A DNA stretch of 64,000 nt from Spongospora subterranea f. sp. subterranea. Its lineage: Eukaryota. This document shows positions 1-12,425 of the stretch, in pieces. Both the position numbers and the translations under genes were made by a program. The notes beneath the pieces are model-generated. The model was not told the origin of the DNA, did no database searches, and worked only from the letters and a program-made list of their open reading frames with translations. Every line of letters begins with the position of its first letter. Position 1 is the first letter of the stretch. Where the stretch lies: contig JAUGWO010000113.1 in assembly GCA_049724395.1 (NCBI GenBank), positions 1 through 64,000 on the forward strand, read 5' to 3'.

Positions 1-136
1 CCATTGAAGGACGTGATTGTATTGATGATGATTATCCTCCCCATTGAGTCGTTTGCCGTTCACCGAGACTGCTACTCCTGGGATTTGACAAAAATAATGG
101 AAATAGGAGAGATATATGGAGTAGTTAGTGTTAGGA
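1..136. repeat. LTR-like dispersed repeat, copy 1 (cut by window start)
   Basis: Aligns by eye with 6741-6858 (shared gtgattgtattgatgatgattatcctcc...caccgagac...actcctggga...taggatgataa-aca). Ends in ...ACA. Confidence 0.55.
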
Positions 137-959
137 TGATAACACAGGTAGTCCATAATAGAGTCTCAAAATTAGACAGAAAACCACACACCTAGACGGA
201 ATACTCGAGGAGTTCAGAATTATGAACAGTATTGAAATACCAACCAGAAAAAAACACCACATTAGATATCACACTGGCGAATATCAAAATGACAGACAGA
301 TTGTGAACTTCAAAGTCCTCACAGTCCTAGCAGCGATCATCTTCCGACTACAATTGAAATCAGCAGTAGAGGAAAAAACGTCAACCAAGTACCGATTGAT
401 TCAAAAGAGTAAAAAAACTCGACAACAGATCAACAGCCAAGACACTACAGTGACAGTCATCGAAAACCAATCCGATCATCGTATTCTTTCCAGACACCGC
501 ACTGCAGCTGTCCATGTTGTCGACGAAAACACCGATAATTTGGGATTAAACAAAGTTCGAACAAACACCTGAAGGCGGCAGTTAAACTATGAAAACAATC
601 CAGACGCAAATTGCATACAGAGATACGGTCCAAAACCAAATGAAACACAAATTACAAACAGAAAAGCAAGCACTAACAAATTCGCAATAGAATTTAAGAA
701 ACAGTTATGTCAAAGCCAAATGGAAATTTCAAAACTGTACTTCCTTGGTGCTTAATTTGTAGGTCCTAATTCATCAATTTTCATTGAAAGTGATCAGAGT
801 TCTAGCAAGTTACTGTTTATTGGCTTGCCGGAACACATGGAGTTAACTATAGTGGATTTCCTTGAGATTATGGCAATTCAAGACAGCGGCAATTCGAGTT
901 CAATAGACCGAATTCGCCAGTTTGCAACTGCAACGCCACAGACAACTGGTTTCGCCCAT

Positions 960-1625
960 GTTTTGAGGGAACATCGGTCCTTGTCGCCCCCAGATCACGT
1001 GTTTGACGACCTGTTGAATAAAGGTCGAGCGGTTCAGTGGAATCAGCAATGCAGCCAACCTAATTGATTTTGTTCCATGTGCACAAAATATATCTTAATT
1101 TGATTGTTTGTTGTATGAACGCCCAACCGTTGTACATTGCATTCTGCAAATCGACATTGCTGGGCTCTTGAACCCGATAGTTTTTGCCATCAATGAACCC
1201 AAAAACACCATGGACCAACGGTTCTTTGGCGTTGGTTAACGCCGCCCACCTCCTTTGTGTAGCCTTGTCGGGAAACTGAATCGCCGCTTCAGGAACATCG
1301 AGCCAACGCCTGGCTGAGAGCAAATGCCGCCTTCTTCATCACTCGGCAAAAGGTTGAGAGAGGGACACCGAACAATTTGCACAATGTTTTGGCCTCAATA
1401 GCTGCGGTAAATTGATGAAGGAGGCAGCCCAAAACAGACGATATTCCAAAGAATTTCGGAGGTCTACCACGCCTGCCGGGACCGGTCTTGATTACGTAAT
1501 GTTTTTTGAAGGCACCAAGAAGATAATCGAATGTCGGCCTGTCCAGTGAGACGACTGAAATGAAGCTTCCATCGTGTTCATCGGCATATAACGTGTGCGC
1601 CCGACCGTACTGGGGCGATGGTATC
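960..1625 (-). mobile_element. PIF/Harbinger (HARBI1-like DDE) transposase remnant
   Basis: ORF 1060-1323 has VFGFIDGK...EPSNVDLQNAMYNGW. Upstream frame reads LDRPTFDYLL...GRRGRPP...LCKLFGVP, as in Harbinger nuclease N-termini. Broken reading frame. Confidence 0.7.
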
Positions 1626-1628
1626 GGG

Positions 1629-2277
1629 TCAGGACTGATTTTCCGAGTCTCTCAAGGCACAAAGATTTGACACCCCATCAACGAAGCCGGAAACAAATTT
1701 TCCAAGATTCTGAACAACCTCTGTCTGATTCTCTTCAGCAAGCTCTTCCATGATTTCGGCAACCCAAATTCCTTGATCTTCAATGAACTCTCGGACAGCT
1801 TGATGGGAAATTGACCCTGGACCGGAACATTCGTGCTCACAGAATTCACGTAGAGCCATTTGTTACTGCTGGCGTTCACGTCTATGTCCAACTAATTCAT
1901 CTTTGCCGAAGTAGACACAAAATTCGCACCGAACAGAAAGAACATTCTTTGACGCAGGGTCGATCTGCATGATCTTCAGTCCGTACTGTAGCTCATGTTT
2001 TGCTTGAAAGGGAGTCCGACTTCGTTTTGCCGATGTGATGCCGGGCATTTTCACACTCAAGGGACGCGGCAACCTTCCTACAAAGATCAGAAATGAACCG
2101 GAACGGCGAAATATCTTCGTGCCGACCTTTTTCCTTATTTTTGTTTTTTTTTTATTTTTTACTTTTGGTGAATCTGGTATCTATAAATAGATTACCAAAA
2201 TTAAAGAGGACTGCCGTACTGTTATGTGTAAATAACAGGCACTCCACTCATGCGGGGTTATTTTTAGACATGCTCTA
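1629..2277 (-). mobile_element. 5' fragment of a DNA transposon (hAT-like)
   Basis: ORF 1863-2072 has LQYGLKI...VLSVRCEFCVYFG (zinc-binding N-terminus). The minus strand starts TAGAGCATGTC at 2277, resembling a terminal inverted repeat. Confidence 0.45.
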
Positions 2278-2662
2278 CTACAGTGCCGTCTGGCCGATCA
2301 GCTGGTCAGTCAGGGTTAGAATATCACCGATCAGGAAATAGGATCACGCTATCAGCAACATTGATTGATTTCTTTGGTTTTTTGTTTTTTTTTAGGGTTA
2401 ATGGTACCGATGCTATTGAATCTAATAATATTCATTTTTGGTGTCGTATTCCTCTTTCAAAGATCGAATCGGAACCAACACTGCCCTGATTGAGGCAATT
2501 GAAAACGGGTCACTATAGTCTATTGATGTTGGCCAATACTGTACTAAATAACTAATCGGATTTTTTAGAAATAAATTTGCTGAGAAATTGGCCATGAAAT
2601 TTAACCCGAGTGTAGTTATCAATCCTCCATATTATATCAAATGTCGCATTGGTCGGAATCAG

Positions 2663-5600
2663 TATTGGAACAGAGGCGCATTCGATCAGTTACAAGATCA
2701 CCGTTCTTGATTTATCACTTCTCTACTGCCGGTAATTTGCAAATTGCAATGAATTCTATTTCTTCCTTGTAATGTCATTACGATAGAGAAAATGTCGCCA
2801 TTATCATAATAGATAGAGGGACCGACATATTCACACAGGATGAATTCGGGAACAGTCCATTGCACATCGCCGCTGGTCAGGGCCTGTAATATATTCCATA
2901 TTATATGTCATTACCCGTTATCTGACACCTTAATAGAAATATCGCCGTCATCAAGCTTTTGAAAAAAATCAGAATGACAAACCCACAAGCTCTTGACCTC
3001 CAAAACAATGCTGGTAAAACTCCACTACATTTTGCAGTGGACTGTTATCGCTTGGTTGGTCGAATATAGTGTTGAAAGGGTGAATCCGATGTCAATATTT
3101 ACTACTGATTGATCAGGAACGATGTGATCAAGACTCTGTTGGATGGAGGAGCCAATCCCATTATTGCTGATAATTCGGGCAATACAGTACTGCACCTGGC
3201 GATACAACGAAACCTGTAGACTGCGATTATCTGTGGAAATTGGAACTCATCTGATTGAGATCTCACAGAAGTGATACTGATCATTATGTGATATAATTGA
3301 GGGCGACAAAGGCACAATCTATCCATGTTCTGGGTCATACTGAACCTTCAGTTGTATTTGAGTGGACAACTGGTTCATAATAGACTTGTATAGGTATTGT
3401 AAATCTGGGGGTCGAACAAAATAAAATCGCTGAATGATCTCACAGGGACCGATATGCCATAGGAGGTTCGACTTTAGAACTACTGAAACTCAGGAACAGT
3501 GAGGGGCGCACTGCTCTCTCAGATGCAGTTTATTATCGTCGGTTGGTCAATTTACTGTCTGGGTCTGTTAGCGCCTTCAATAATGAGGTTTAGTGAGGAG
3601 ATCACCCGAATTCTGTTGAATCTCGGTGCCGATCCCACAATAACAGATAATGATGGCGATACAGCACTGCACCTGGCAATACGACACCATCCGTATACAG
3701 CTATAATCTGGGGGACTTGCAACTCATCTGATCAAGATCTCACAGAAGTGATAGGGTCATTATTGATATAATTAAAGCGGCGAGGACAAATGCTGTCGAT
3801 ATTCTGAGCCATCATGAGATGACGAATCCTTCTGGGTGTTCGAGTGGAACAATGGATCATGATGGACTGTATATTCTAATAGTCGTGTTGAAATGATTGA
3901 AGTCGCTGATCTGATCTCTCAGGGACCGAAACGTCGTCGGTAAAGCGGCGTTAGATATAGTGAACCTCAGGAACTGTATGGGGAGAACTGCTTTTTCAGA
4001 TGCAGTTCGTTATCATCGGTTGGTCAATTTACTGTCTGGGTCTCGTTAGCGCCTTCAAAAATGAGTTTTAGTGAGGAGATCTGCCGACTTCTGTTGAATC
4101 TCGGTGCCGATCCCACAATAACAGATATTCAGTGGCAATACAGCACTGCACCTGGCGATGCAGCATTATCTGTAGACTGCTATAATCTTTGAAAATTGGA
4201 ACTCCTCTGATTGAGATCTCACAGAAGTGATAAGGTCATTATTGATATAATTAAAGCGGCGAGGGCAAAGGCTGTTGATAATCTGTCCCATAATGAGATG
4301 ACGAATCCTTCTGGGTGTTCGAGTGAAACAATGGATCATGATGGACTGTATAGTTTTAAGAGGTTTGGTGAAATCATTATAGTCGCTGATCTGATCTTGA
4401 AGGGACCCAAATGCCATCGGTAAAGCGACGTCAGATATATTGAACCTCAGGAACCATCAGGGGTGCATACTGCTCTCTGGACAGCAGTTTATCTTGATCG
4501 GTTGGTCAAATTTACTGTCATGTTCTAATCACCGACGTCAATGATGGTGTCTGTATATCTTCAGTGGTAATATCGCCAACATGCTTTTTCATAATGGTGC
4601 TGATCCCACTATATCGGATAACTATGGAAACTCACCATTTGCACATTCATTTGCCAACTCAAATGTATGTCGCCAAAATCTCACAGGATATTCAAATATT
4701 TACTGGTGCGCTCACAGGACAGATGAAAGGATTATTTTGATGATTGAAAATATTGATGTCAACCACGTGAACAGGGATGGAAACATTCTTCTTCATTACG
4801 TGCAATTAAAGCTAAACGGTTGGTCGTAATTAGTGTTGCATATTTGATCGGTGCCTCAATAAAACTAACAATTTAGGGAAGTTTTGATTAAACATCTGTT
4901 GAAGAGAGGCGCCGATCCTATAATTCCTGATCGTTTGGGGAATACTGCACTTCACTTGTCAATAGAGCGCGGACTGTATTATGAACGGTTCAAGGGTTGA
5001 TTTATTGAAAACAGCTTATTCGTATTCTACAGAAGTGAACAGATCATCTTTGAAATAATTCAAGCAGCGACGCCAAAACCAATCCATCTTGTGCTCCGGA
5101 ATTCGATGACAACACGATTCTATGCGTGTTTGTTTCAATTATTGTTTAAAAACCTGTATATTGATCTTATATCGGTCCTGAAAGCCCTGATTTGATCTCA
5201 CAGAAACCGAGATCTCGTCTCCAAAATAATCGCTGTCTCGTGCGACGATATACTCAATTCGAGAAGACATAATGGCCAAACTGCTTTCTCCTTTGCAGTT
5301 CTTTTACATCGGTTGGTCAAATCCTCTCTCCTGGCTCTCATCAGCGAGTTCAGTACTAAGGTTCTCGTATTCCCAGTGTTGATATCGCCCAGATTCTGTT
5401 GGAGAATGGTGCCGATCCCACAATAGCGGATGATGATAGGGAGACACCATTGCACAGGATTCTATTGACCCTGTGAGTCAAACACATCTCACCAAACACT
5501 CCAACATTTACTGATGTTATCACAGAACCGACGATTCTATTCTATCAATGATTCACAGTATTGATATCAACCACCGGTACAATGATGGATCCACTCTCTT

Positions 5601-6539
5601 CCATTGTGCTATTAAGTGTCGTCGGTTGGTCAATTGATATTGTGTGAACACTGATCGGCCCCTCAATAACACTGATTGGTTAGGGATGTGGTGGTTATGA
5701 AATTGTTGAAGAGAGGCGCCGACCCCATTATTGCTGATTCTAATGGGAATACAGCACTGCACCTGGCGATAGAGCATAATCTGTACACACCTTCAATATT
5801 GTTTTATTTTCCAGAAATCTCAGGTTAAATCTCACAGAAGTGGAGAGACCATTATATCTATACTTGAGGCGGCAACACCAAGAACGGGCGATATTCTGGG
5901 TCAAGACGGGATGATGGATCCCTCAGTGTGTTCGAGTAGAAAGTTAGTGCATGATCGGCTGTATATTGTTGATAAGTGTGTCGAGATCATCAAAGTCGCT
6001 GATCTGATCTCACAGGGACACAGATGTCAACCGTCAGGCCACGTCAGAAATAATCAATTTCAGAAACCAAAATTGGCAAACTGCTCTGTTTCTGGCAGTT
6101 ACTCATGCACGGTTGGTAGAAAATACAGGCTAGTGTTGATCACATCTTCAATAATGTGGTTTTGTATATCCAGTTTTAACATTCTCCAAATTCTTGTGGA
6201 GAGAGGTGCCGATCCCAATATAGTAGATATTGATGGGAACACGCCATTGCACACTCATATGGCAACTGAATTGTATATCGCCCAAATACCATCATATATT
6301 GTAATACCTACTCATGTGCCAACAGGACAGACGAAATCATCATATCAATGATTAAAATTATTGATGTCAATCACGTGGGCGAAAATAAGACAACACTTCT
6401 TCAGAGGGCTATTGAGTGTAATCGGTTGGTCCTGATTCATCTTTGACCCTGATCAGTTCCTCAATTAAACTGATGTTATAGAGAAGTTGTGGTGAAGTAT
6501 CTGTTGAAAAGAGGCGCCAATCCCCTTATCACAGAATAA
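2663..6539 (+). CDS. Multi-exon ankyrin-repeat protein, one repeat per exon (5' end uncertain; a few exons carry +1 indels)
   Basis: AG/GT-flanked exons 2787-2885, 3117-3215, 3594-3692, 4877-4975, 5526-5624, 5684-5782, 6174-6272 and 6326-6424 are each 99 nt and encode ankyrin motifs, e.g. LLKRGADPIIADSNGNTALHLAI. Confidence 0.85.
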
Positions 6540-6548
6540 AATATGAAT

Positions 6549-6858
6549 TGTCGGATTTGGGTGTTAGTCTGTGTTAACACCCAAAGTTTCCTTCTGAAAT
6601 CCTCCCAATTTGACCAGTCAATTCAGGGATAAGTTTGAGTCCTGGGCTGTGATTGAATAGCACAACGACTTCTCTCAGGACATGGGGAGTTTGCTCCTCC
6701 TGCTCATCGACGGGCGCTGTTCGCTCTACGGTTGAAAATGCCCATCAAAGGATGTGATTGTATTGATGATGATTATCCTCCTGAATTGAGTCATGTGCCG
6801 TCCACCGAGACAGTGACTCCTGGGATTATGGAGTAGCTTGTAATAGGATGATAATACA
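6549..6858. repeat. LTR-like element (TGT...ACA), probable solo LTR
   Basis: Begins TGTCGGA at 6549 and ends ATAATACA at 6858. Its 3' part matches 1-136. It abuts the ankyrin gene on the left and a truncated Copia RNase H on the right. Confidence 0.5.
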
Positions 6859-6859
6859 A

Positions 6860-8030
6860 GAGTTGTACAATCTTGTAAATCCAACCGGATGTAGATCGCC
6901 GGTCAACTTTATCGCCTGCGAAATCGCTCTCTGCCCAACCAGTTATCGAGAAGTTTCCTGCAGTAAACCTGAGTCCGAAGTCAGCAGTTGATTTGATCTA
7001 TTTGATTATATTCTTGGTCGTTTTCCAGAGTTGTTTCGATGGCTTGATATCATGTCTTGCGACAGAATTTACGGCGAATGTGATGTCGGGTCTCCTGTTG
7101 TTTGCGAAATACATTAAGGAACCCATTGCTTCTCGAATAGGATAATTGGTTCCGCTTTCTTCCGGTTGATCATCTTCTGGATCATATGTCTTGTCCATTG
7201 GTGTCGATCATCCCCTGCTGTGTTCCTGTTTCAACTTCTTCACGATTGACATCGCGTAATCGGTCTGAGTAAGGAGTAAGCCGTCGTCAGTTTTCGTGGC
7301 ATCGATCCTTAAGAGCTGTTTGAGTTCACCCAAGTTCTTGATGCGAAATTTAGATGCAAGGCTTTGCTCAGTTCTTTGATTGGGTTTGAGGCGCCGCCAG
7401 TGATCAATAGATCTCTGTACATCCATACCTGTTCCTTGGGGTTCTGCTTGATGTGCAGGAATTGGACAAATATATTTGCGGCCTTTGATTCTGCTGTCTC
7501 ATCGTATATCCCTTGCAGGCGGCGCATGTTGGTTCACATTTGTGAGACTTGTTTGTACTGGGTTTGCGGGAGTCGCATGCATATCTGAGCGGCAGCTAGT
7601 TTGTCATTTCTTAGTTCATGTCGCGATGTGAGGTTTGGCAGTTCGGTCAAGTAGGAATCAATTCCCATGATGGTGGATTGGGTTTCGAATTTCCTTTTAA
7701 ACTCTTCCCAGTTCGATCTGGTGAATTGGGGTATGAGTTTCGGTTGTTGGTGAGATCGCGCGGGGGCAGAAATCCCGAACGATTGAACAGCTTGGCGGCC
7801 ATCCCGAAGTAAATTTGCCCGTTCATAACGAACCGATAAGTGTAATGGTCGTCGCTGCTGCCGATATAAATTAGCTCTTTGCTCTGTTCATCCAGTCGCC
7901 GGAATCGTGCCTGCTGTGTGTTGGGAACTCGTATCTGCTGTAACGTTTGCAAAGCCAAATCGGGACCGGTACGACCTGATTCGTCGGCCGTTCCGGTATT
8001 GCTTTCACAGGGATATCCTAGAGTAGCACT
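6860..8030 (-). mobile_element. Ty1/Copia pol remnant (post-integrase SH3-like region, RT, start of RNase H)
   Basis: Motifs FRIKNLGELKQLLRID...LLLTQTDYA, YPIREAMGSLMYFANNRRPDITFAVNSVAR and WAESDFAGDKVDRRSTSGWIY. Contains stops and frameshifts. Confidence 0.9.
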
Positions 8031-8300
8031 CAAAACATGGTTATGCTCAAAGTTGAACCCCTTTTTGAAGACAGCTTCGCGGGTATGAAAGTGACAGGTG
8101 AATGGAACATGAAAAGGACATGCTTTTGAACCACGGCCTCCAATATTACAGTAAAAGTGTCCTCGCTGAATTATATTTTCGTCATTAAAAAACTCCAACG
8201 CTCTCTCTTTATTCATCCGATTGGTTGTACGAGCGAGCCTGAAGCCGCGCTTGATAGCAAAATCTGTTATGAACTGTAGCATCCCATTGTGAAATGTTCA
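8030..8300 (-). mobile_element. FAR1/MULE-type zinc-finger DNA-binding fragment
   Basis: DFAIKRGFRL...FYC...KACPFHV...FEHNHVL fits the C-x-C...HxH WRKY/GCM1-like domain of Mutator-like transposases. Confidence 0.65.
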
Positions 8301-9049
8301 AAACCGGCGGACTTGATCATTTTGTAGATCTTTACAATGAGAGGTTGAATTAGGAATGACGGGAGATTGCGTGGTTTGATGTGGTGAATTGATTGCCACT
8401 TCGGACGCAGCTGTTTTACATAGCGCTGGTGCTATCGCATTTTGAGCCAGAGCTGTAACTGCTGTGGTGGGCGTCTCAGTCAAAACTACGGTTGCAGGAA
8501 CAGCTGGCTATTTGCAAAGGCGCTCTCCAAGGAAGCCGACTTTTTACAGCAACCATGACATGATCCAGTCTTGGCCGTTTTACAGATAAAATGTTGGGTG
8601 CGCCTGAAAGCCCACGGGTCTGGATTTGGATTTAAAGGCCAATTGTTTGTTTTCAAAATAACGGCCGCGTCGCCCCAATCAAAGTCCATTGTGGCCACGC
8701 AATTTTTTCGACGCAATTTGTAAAATTAGCTTCATGGTGGGAAGGAAGTTAAGTTCTCTGCGTTTTTGTTGTAGTTGGGCTATCTTTGCAGCCAATCTCA
8801 GTTTTTCTAACGATGAAAACAGATGGTCGCACCTATCGGGTACTGGTCGAGGTAAGATCAACAGTTGCCTCAGGGTTTGTCAATGAAACCAACGCTCCTA
8901 TCCATATTGTCAACGCTCAAACTCGATTTCGTTGGATACACGGAATTTCAATATATGACCTTCTTGCACCACCCAGGAGAATTTAACTGCAGTATCGCGA
9001 AGTCATTTGTCGTAATCAAATGCAGAATACGTGGCTCCCGATGGCTCCG

Positions 9050-10050
9050 AATGATTCAACGTTGGATGATCTCATAAACTTGGAAATTCTCGCGTCTCTG
9101 AGCGAGCAACAACGCCCACAAAAGCGTCATGGGGCGTCAAAACCTGGAAAAATACCCAGTTTGAACCGTGACTTCGCTGCTGGACATGCAGCAATTGTTC
9201 GGGACTATCTTCGTGTGAGCCTACTTATCCCAAATCAATCTTCCGCCGGCGATTTAGAATGAGTTCGGCGTTATTCACAAAGATTCTTGCGGAATTGCCA
9301 AGTTTTGGCCCTTATTTACAGCAAAAGGCTGATGGTCTGCTTAAACCTGGGCCCAGTCCCCTACAAAAGATTACTGCTGCGCTACGAATGATCTATTATG
9401 GATCGCCTGCCGACGCTGTGGATAAATATTGTTAAATTTCTAAAACAGTTGCGTCTTGAATCATTTTGCGATGGTATCATTTCTGTGTACAGATGTCAAT
9501 ATCTAAGGCCCCAACAGAACATGATATTGAAAAATCCTCGAAATCAATGAGCAACACGGGTGGACAGGTCAGGCGTTCAGCATGGATTGCATACATTGGG
9601 AATAGGCCTAAGGCGTATTGGGTCAATACGTCGGCAAAGATAAGAGAATGCCTACAAATTACCCAGGCTGCATGAACGACCTGAACACTCTTGATCGTTC
9701 ACCCTTGATAGCTAGCATCTGCAGGGTATTATTAAATGTAAACCGTACGTGATCAACGGCAATCAATACGATGATTACTACATTCTGGTGGACGGCATAT
9801 ATCCAGTTTGGAAATGTTTTGTGCAAACTTTTCGTCAACTTGATTCCAGTAAAAAAAAATGTTTGCAAGAGGCGAAAAGGAAAGAAGTGAACAGGGTATT
9901 CGGCATCTTGCAAAGCCGCTCCAACATATTGTCAGTCCCGATCGTGCTGCACAATATGATAGTTGACGGTGGCGCAAGCATGAGCATTCAGGATCATGAG
10001 GATGAGTTTTCACCTCCCATCCCCTGCCCGAATATACTTTCAAAAGTTCA
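9050..10050 (+). mobile_element. PIF/Harbinger transposase pseudogene (plant-type)
   Basis: Motifs IVRDYL, FRRRFRMS, SPLQKITAALRMIYYG.PADAVD, SMDCIHWE, YILVDGIYP.W..FVQT and QEAKRKEVNRVFGILQSR. Multiple stops. Confidence 0.9.
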
Positions 10051-10289
10051 GAATCCACTATTCTCATGCAGAATAAACAATTGCTTCAATGGTTGCAGCA
10101 TCAGGAGCGCAATCCGTTAATCAGGGTGTCGTTCGCGACCAGGAGCACCGTGATTACGGCCTGATGCCAATCTTTCATTTGCAGGCAGCTTCAGACAATG
10201 AAAAACCGTCAACTGGCTAGGACGAATGATTTAGTGGCGTAACGCGTCGTGAACTAAATAACGATCCTCCGCCCTCTAACTCTACCGCC

Positions 10290-11650
10290 TCTATGCACCG
10301 GGTTGAAGACATGATTCGGTCCCTAATGCACGAGCAGGAACAGTTGCACGCCCAACCGGTGCAGCAGCAATTACAACAAGCACATCTGCAAGACCAATTA
10401 ACGACCGCCCAGTCGGCGGCGATGACTGCCCAAGCGGTGGTCCCGCGCGAACCGAGAACTCGTCTACCGGAACCTTTCGACGGTTACGCGGCGACTGTTC
10501 GTGGCTTCATCAATTAGGTGATGATTGTTTTGCAACAACAGCCACAGACATACTCCTCCGATACCTCGAAAGTCCTTCTACTGGGAAGCCTTCTGACCGT
10601 CCTGGCCAGATAATTGTTCAACCCTATTTTCGAGCTGCGCAACCCAGCGATCATGAGTCACTTCAATCTCTTCATGAATATTTTCCTGGAACGTTTCGAT
10701 GACCCCAACAAGGCGACACTACGACAAGGGCGGCGATCAGTGGCCGGGTACGCCAGTTAAGTCTAACAATTGGTTTCGGATGCAGGCTGGGATGAGCAAG
10801 CGGCGCGACACGCATTTCGTCGAGAACTAAATAATGAAATCCAAGACCTTCTCCTGACAGTGCCGGTCGCCACGTCCATACAGCAATTAGTTCACGACGC
10901 GTTGCGCCTGGATCAAAGGTTGCAACAAATACGGGTTTACAAGAGCGTGTTGCCCAATCCGTTCGAGCGAAATCGGCTAACTTTCCCAGGAACCCATTGC
11001 CGCGTTCAACAAATCCACCGTCTCAGACGAGTGCCAATGACGATTGACGCAATTAATCCCTCACCCAATCCGTTCGAAGTTCCCCCAATCGCCGCCCCCG
11101 GATCTCCAAGACCGCATCTTACCATGGAAGAGAAAGACCACCACCGCCGGGAGGGCTTATGCCTGTACTGCAGCCAACCTGGGCACACCATTGCTGATCA
11201 CAATCTACCCCCAGGGCGGATTTTGGCCCAGGGCGTCGCTAGATACTCGGCAAATGGCCGACGCCCGTGGGAACACACAAACCCTTTCATTTTCACTCTT
11301 GCCGACTAAACTTACCCTTGTCGCTGTCGTGTTTTACAACATGATGGAACCTATGCTCTGCCCTCCTTGTTTGATCAACGGCTCTCCGACCACCGCAACC
11401 CGCGCCTTCATTGATTGTGGTGCGGCGTCCCATATTCATCGACCGTAACTTTGCTAGGAACCATGGCATATCTTCAGAAGCTTTACGCCACCCTATTCCG
11501 TTATCGGTCATCGACGGCACTCATCAGACAAAGTACCTAGAGAGTTGATTATCAATGACATACAATTTTCAGCCCAATTCTTCGTCATTGACAGTCCTGT
11601 TTATCCCTTAGTACTCGGCATGTCGTTCTTTACAAGCGAACCCATTAGAT
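10290..11650 (+). mobile_element. Ty3/gypsy gag-protease remnant (PEG10/RTL1-like gag)
   Basis: EPRTRLPEPFDG...VRGFIN, GWDEQAARHAFRREL, zinc knuckle GLCLYCSQPGH, protease AFIDCGAA and PLVLGMSF. In-frame stops; no RT seen. Confidence 0.85.
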
Positions 11651-11766
11651 TTCGGCAATTTGACAATAAAATCAGTGAGATTGAACTCCACAGTTTAAAA
11701 GGAATTGGTAGGGGTCGTAGTAAACCTGCTGGTGACTTTAGGGGCAATTTCGTGCGCTGGCAGCGA

Positions 11767-12330
11767 TCAAAATTTCACAGAGCGGATCACCTGGCGTCGA
11801 TCAGTAAGCTTACAAACGGCATGTGCCTCTGTTTTGTTAACTATTCCAACTCCAATCGTTCGCGCAATTCCGCGAGTTTTTTGTCTTCGTGAGTCAAAAA
11901 AACTCTGCCGATAATTCAGGGATGTCTTCGTCTTTGATGGAAAATAATTTAATGGCGTTTTTCTCCAACATAGCATTCGATTGCTCGTGCAATGCTTTAG
12001 CCTGTTCCCACATTGTCTTGGTCTGTTCCGCCAGAAACTGATTTCTTTGCTCTGCCGCGTCGAACAATTTTTTTCGCGCAAACGATTGCTCGTTATTTTC
12101 GTCCCCGACAGATTCATTGCGCACCCTTTTTGCTTGCTTTGATCCCATTGGTCGCGTTGGTGCTGGCGATTCGCAGTCCACAGACAGGTTGTCTGAGCTG
12201 CAAGAACCGTTCGACGGAACGGCGAACTTTGGGCATTGTTTTGAAATGCGCCAACGTTCGATGAAAAATAGGTCGTGACCCAAATCGGTCACAAAAGGGT
12301 AAGCTAGCCGTCACGTTCCCAAATTTGATG
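11767..12330 (-). mobile_element. PIF/Harbinger second (Myb/NAM-associated-like) ORF remnant
   Basis: FFIERWRISKQCPKF...RPMGSKQAKR matches the F..CW..LK..PKW / RP.G.K.AK pattern. Convergent with the transposase at 9050-10050. Confidence 0.7.
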
Positions 12331-12410
12331 GGTTTGGGTATTCGCGGTGGCCGTCGTATTTTGACCCTTTTTATGACGGTCACTGGCAAAGTATAGGTTT
12401 GGGTCTGCGC

Positions 12411-12425
12411 GGTGGAGATGTTCTA
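12411..12425 (-). mobile_element. PIF/Tourist-like terminal inverted repeat (right end)
   Basis: Reverse complement TAGAACATCTCCACC resembles the GAGCATCTCCA terminus of PIF/Tourist elements. No partner TIR found on the left. Confidence 0.55.

Noticed and set aside
150..700. gag gene following the first LTR-like repeat
   Set aside because: A-rich and position-compatible, but no diagnostic motif or clear primer-binding site was recognised.
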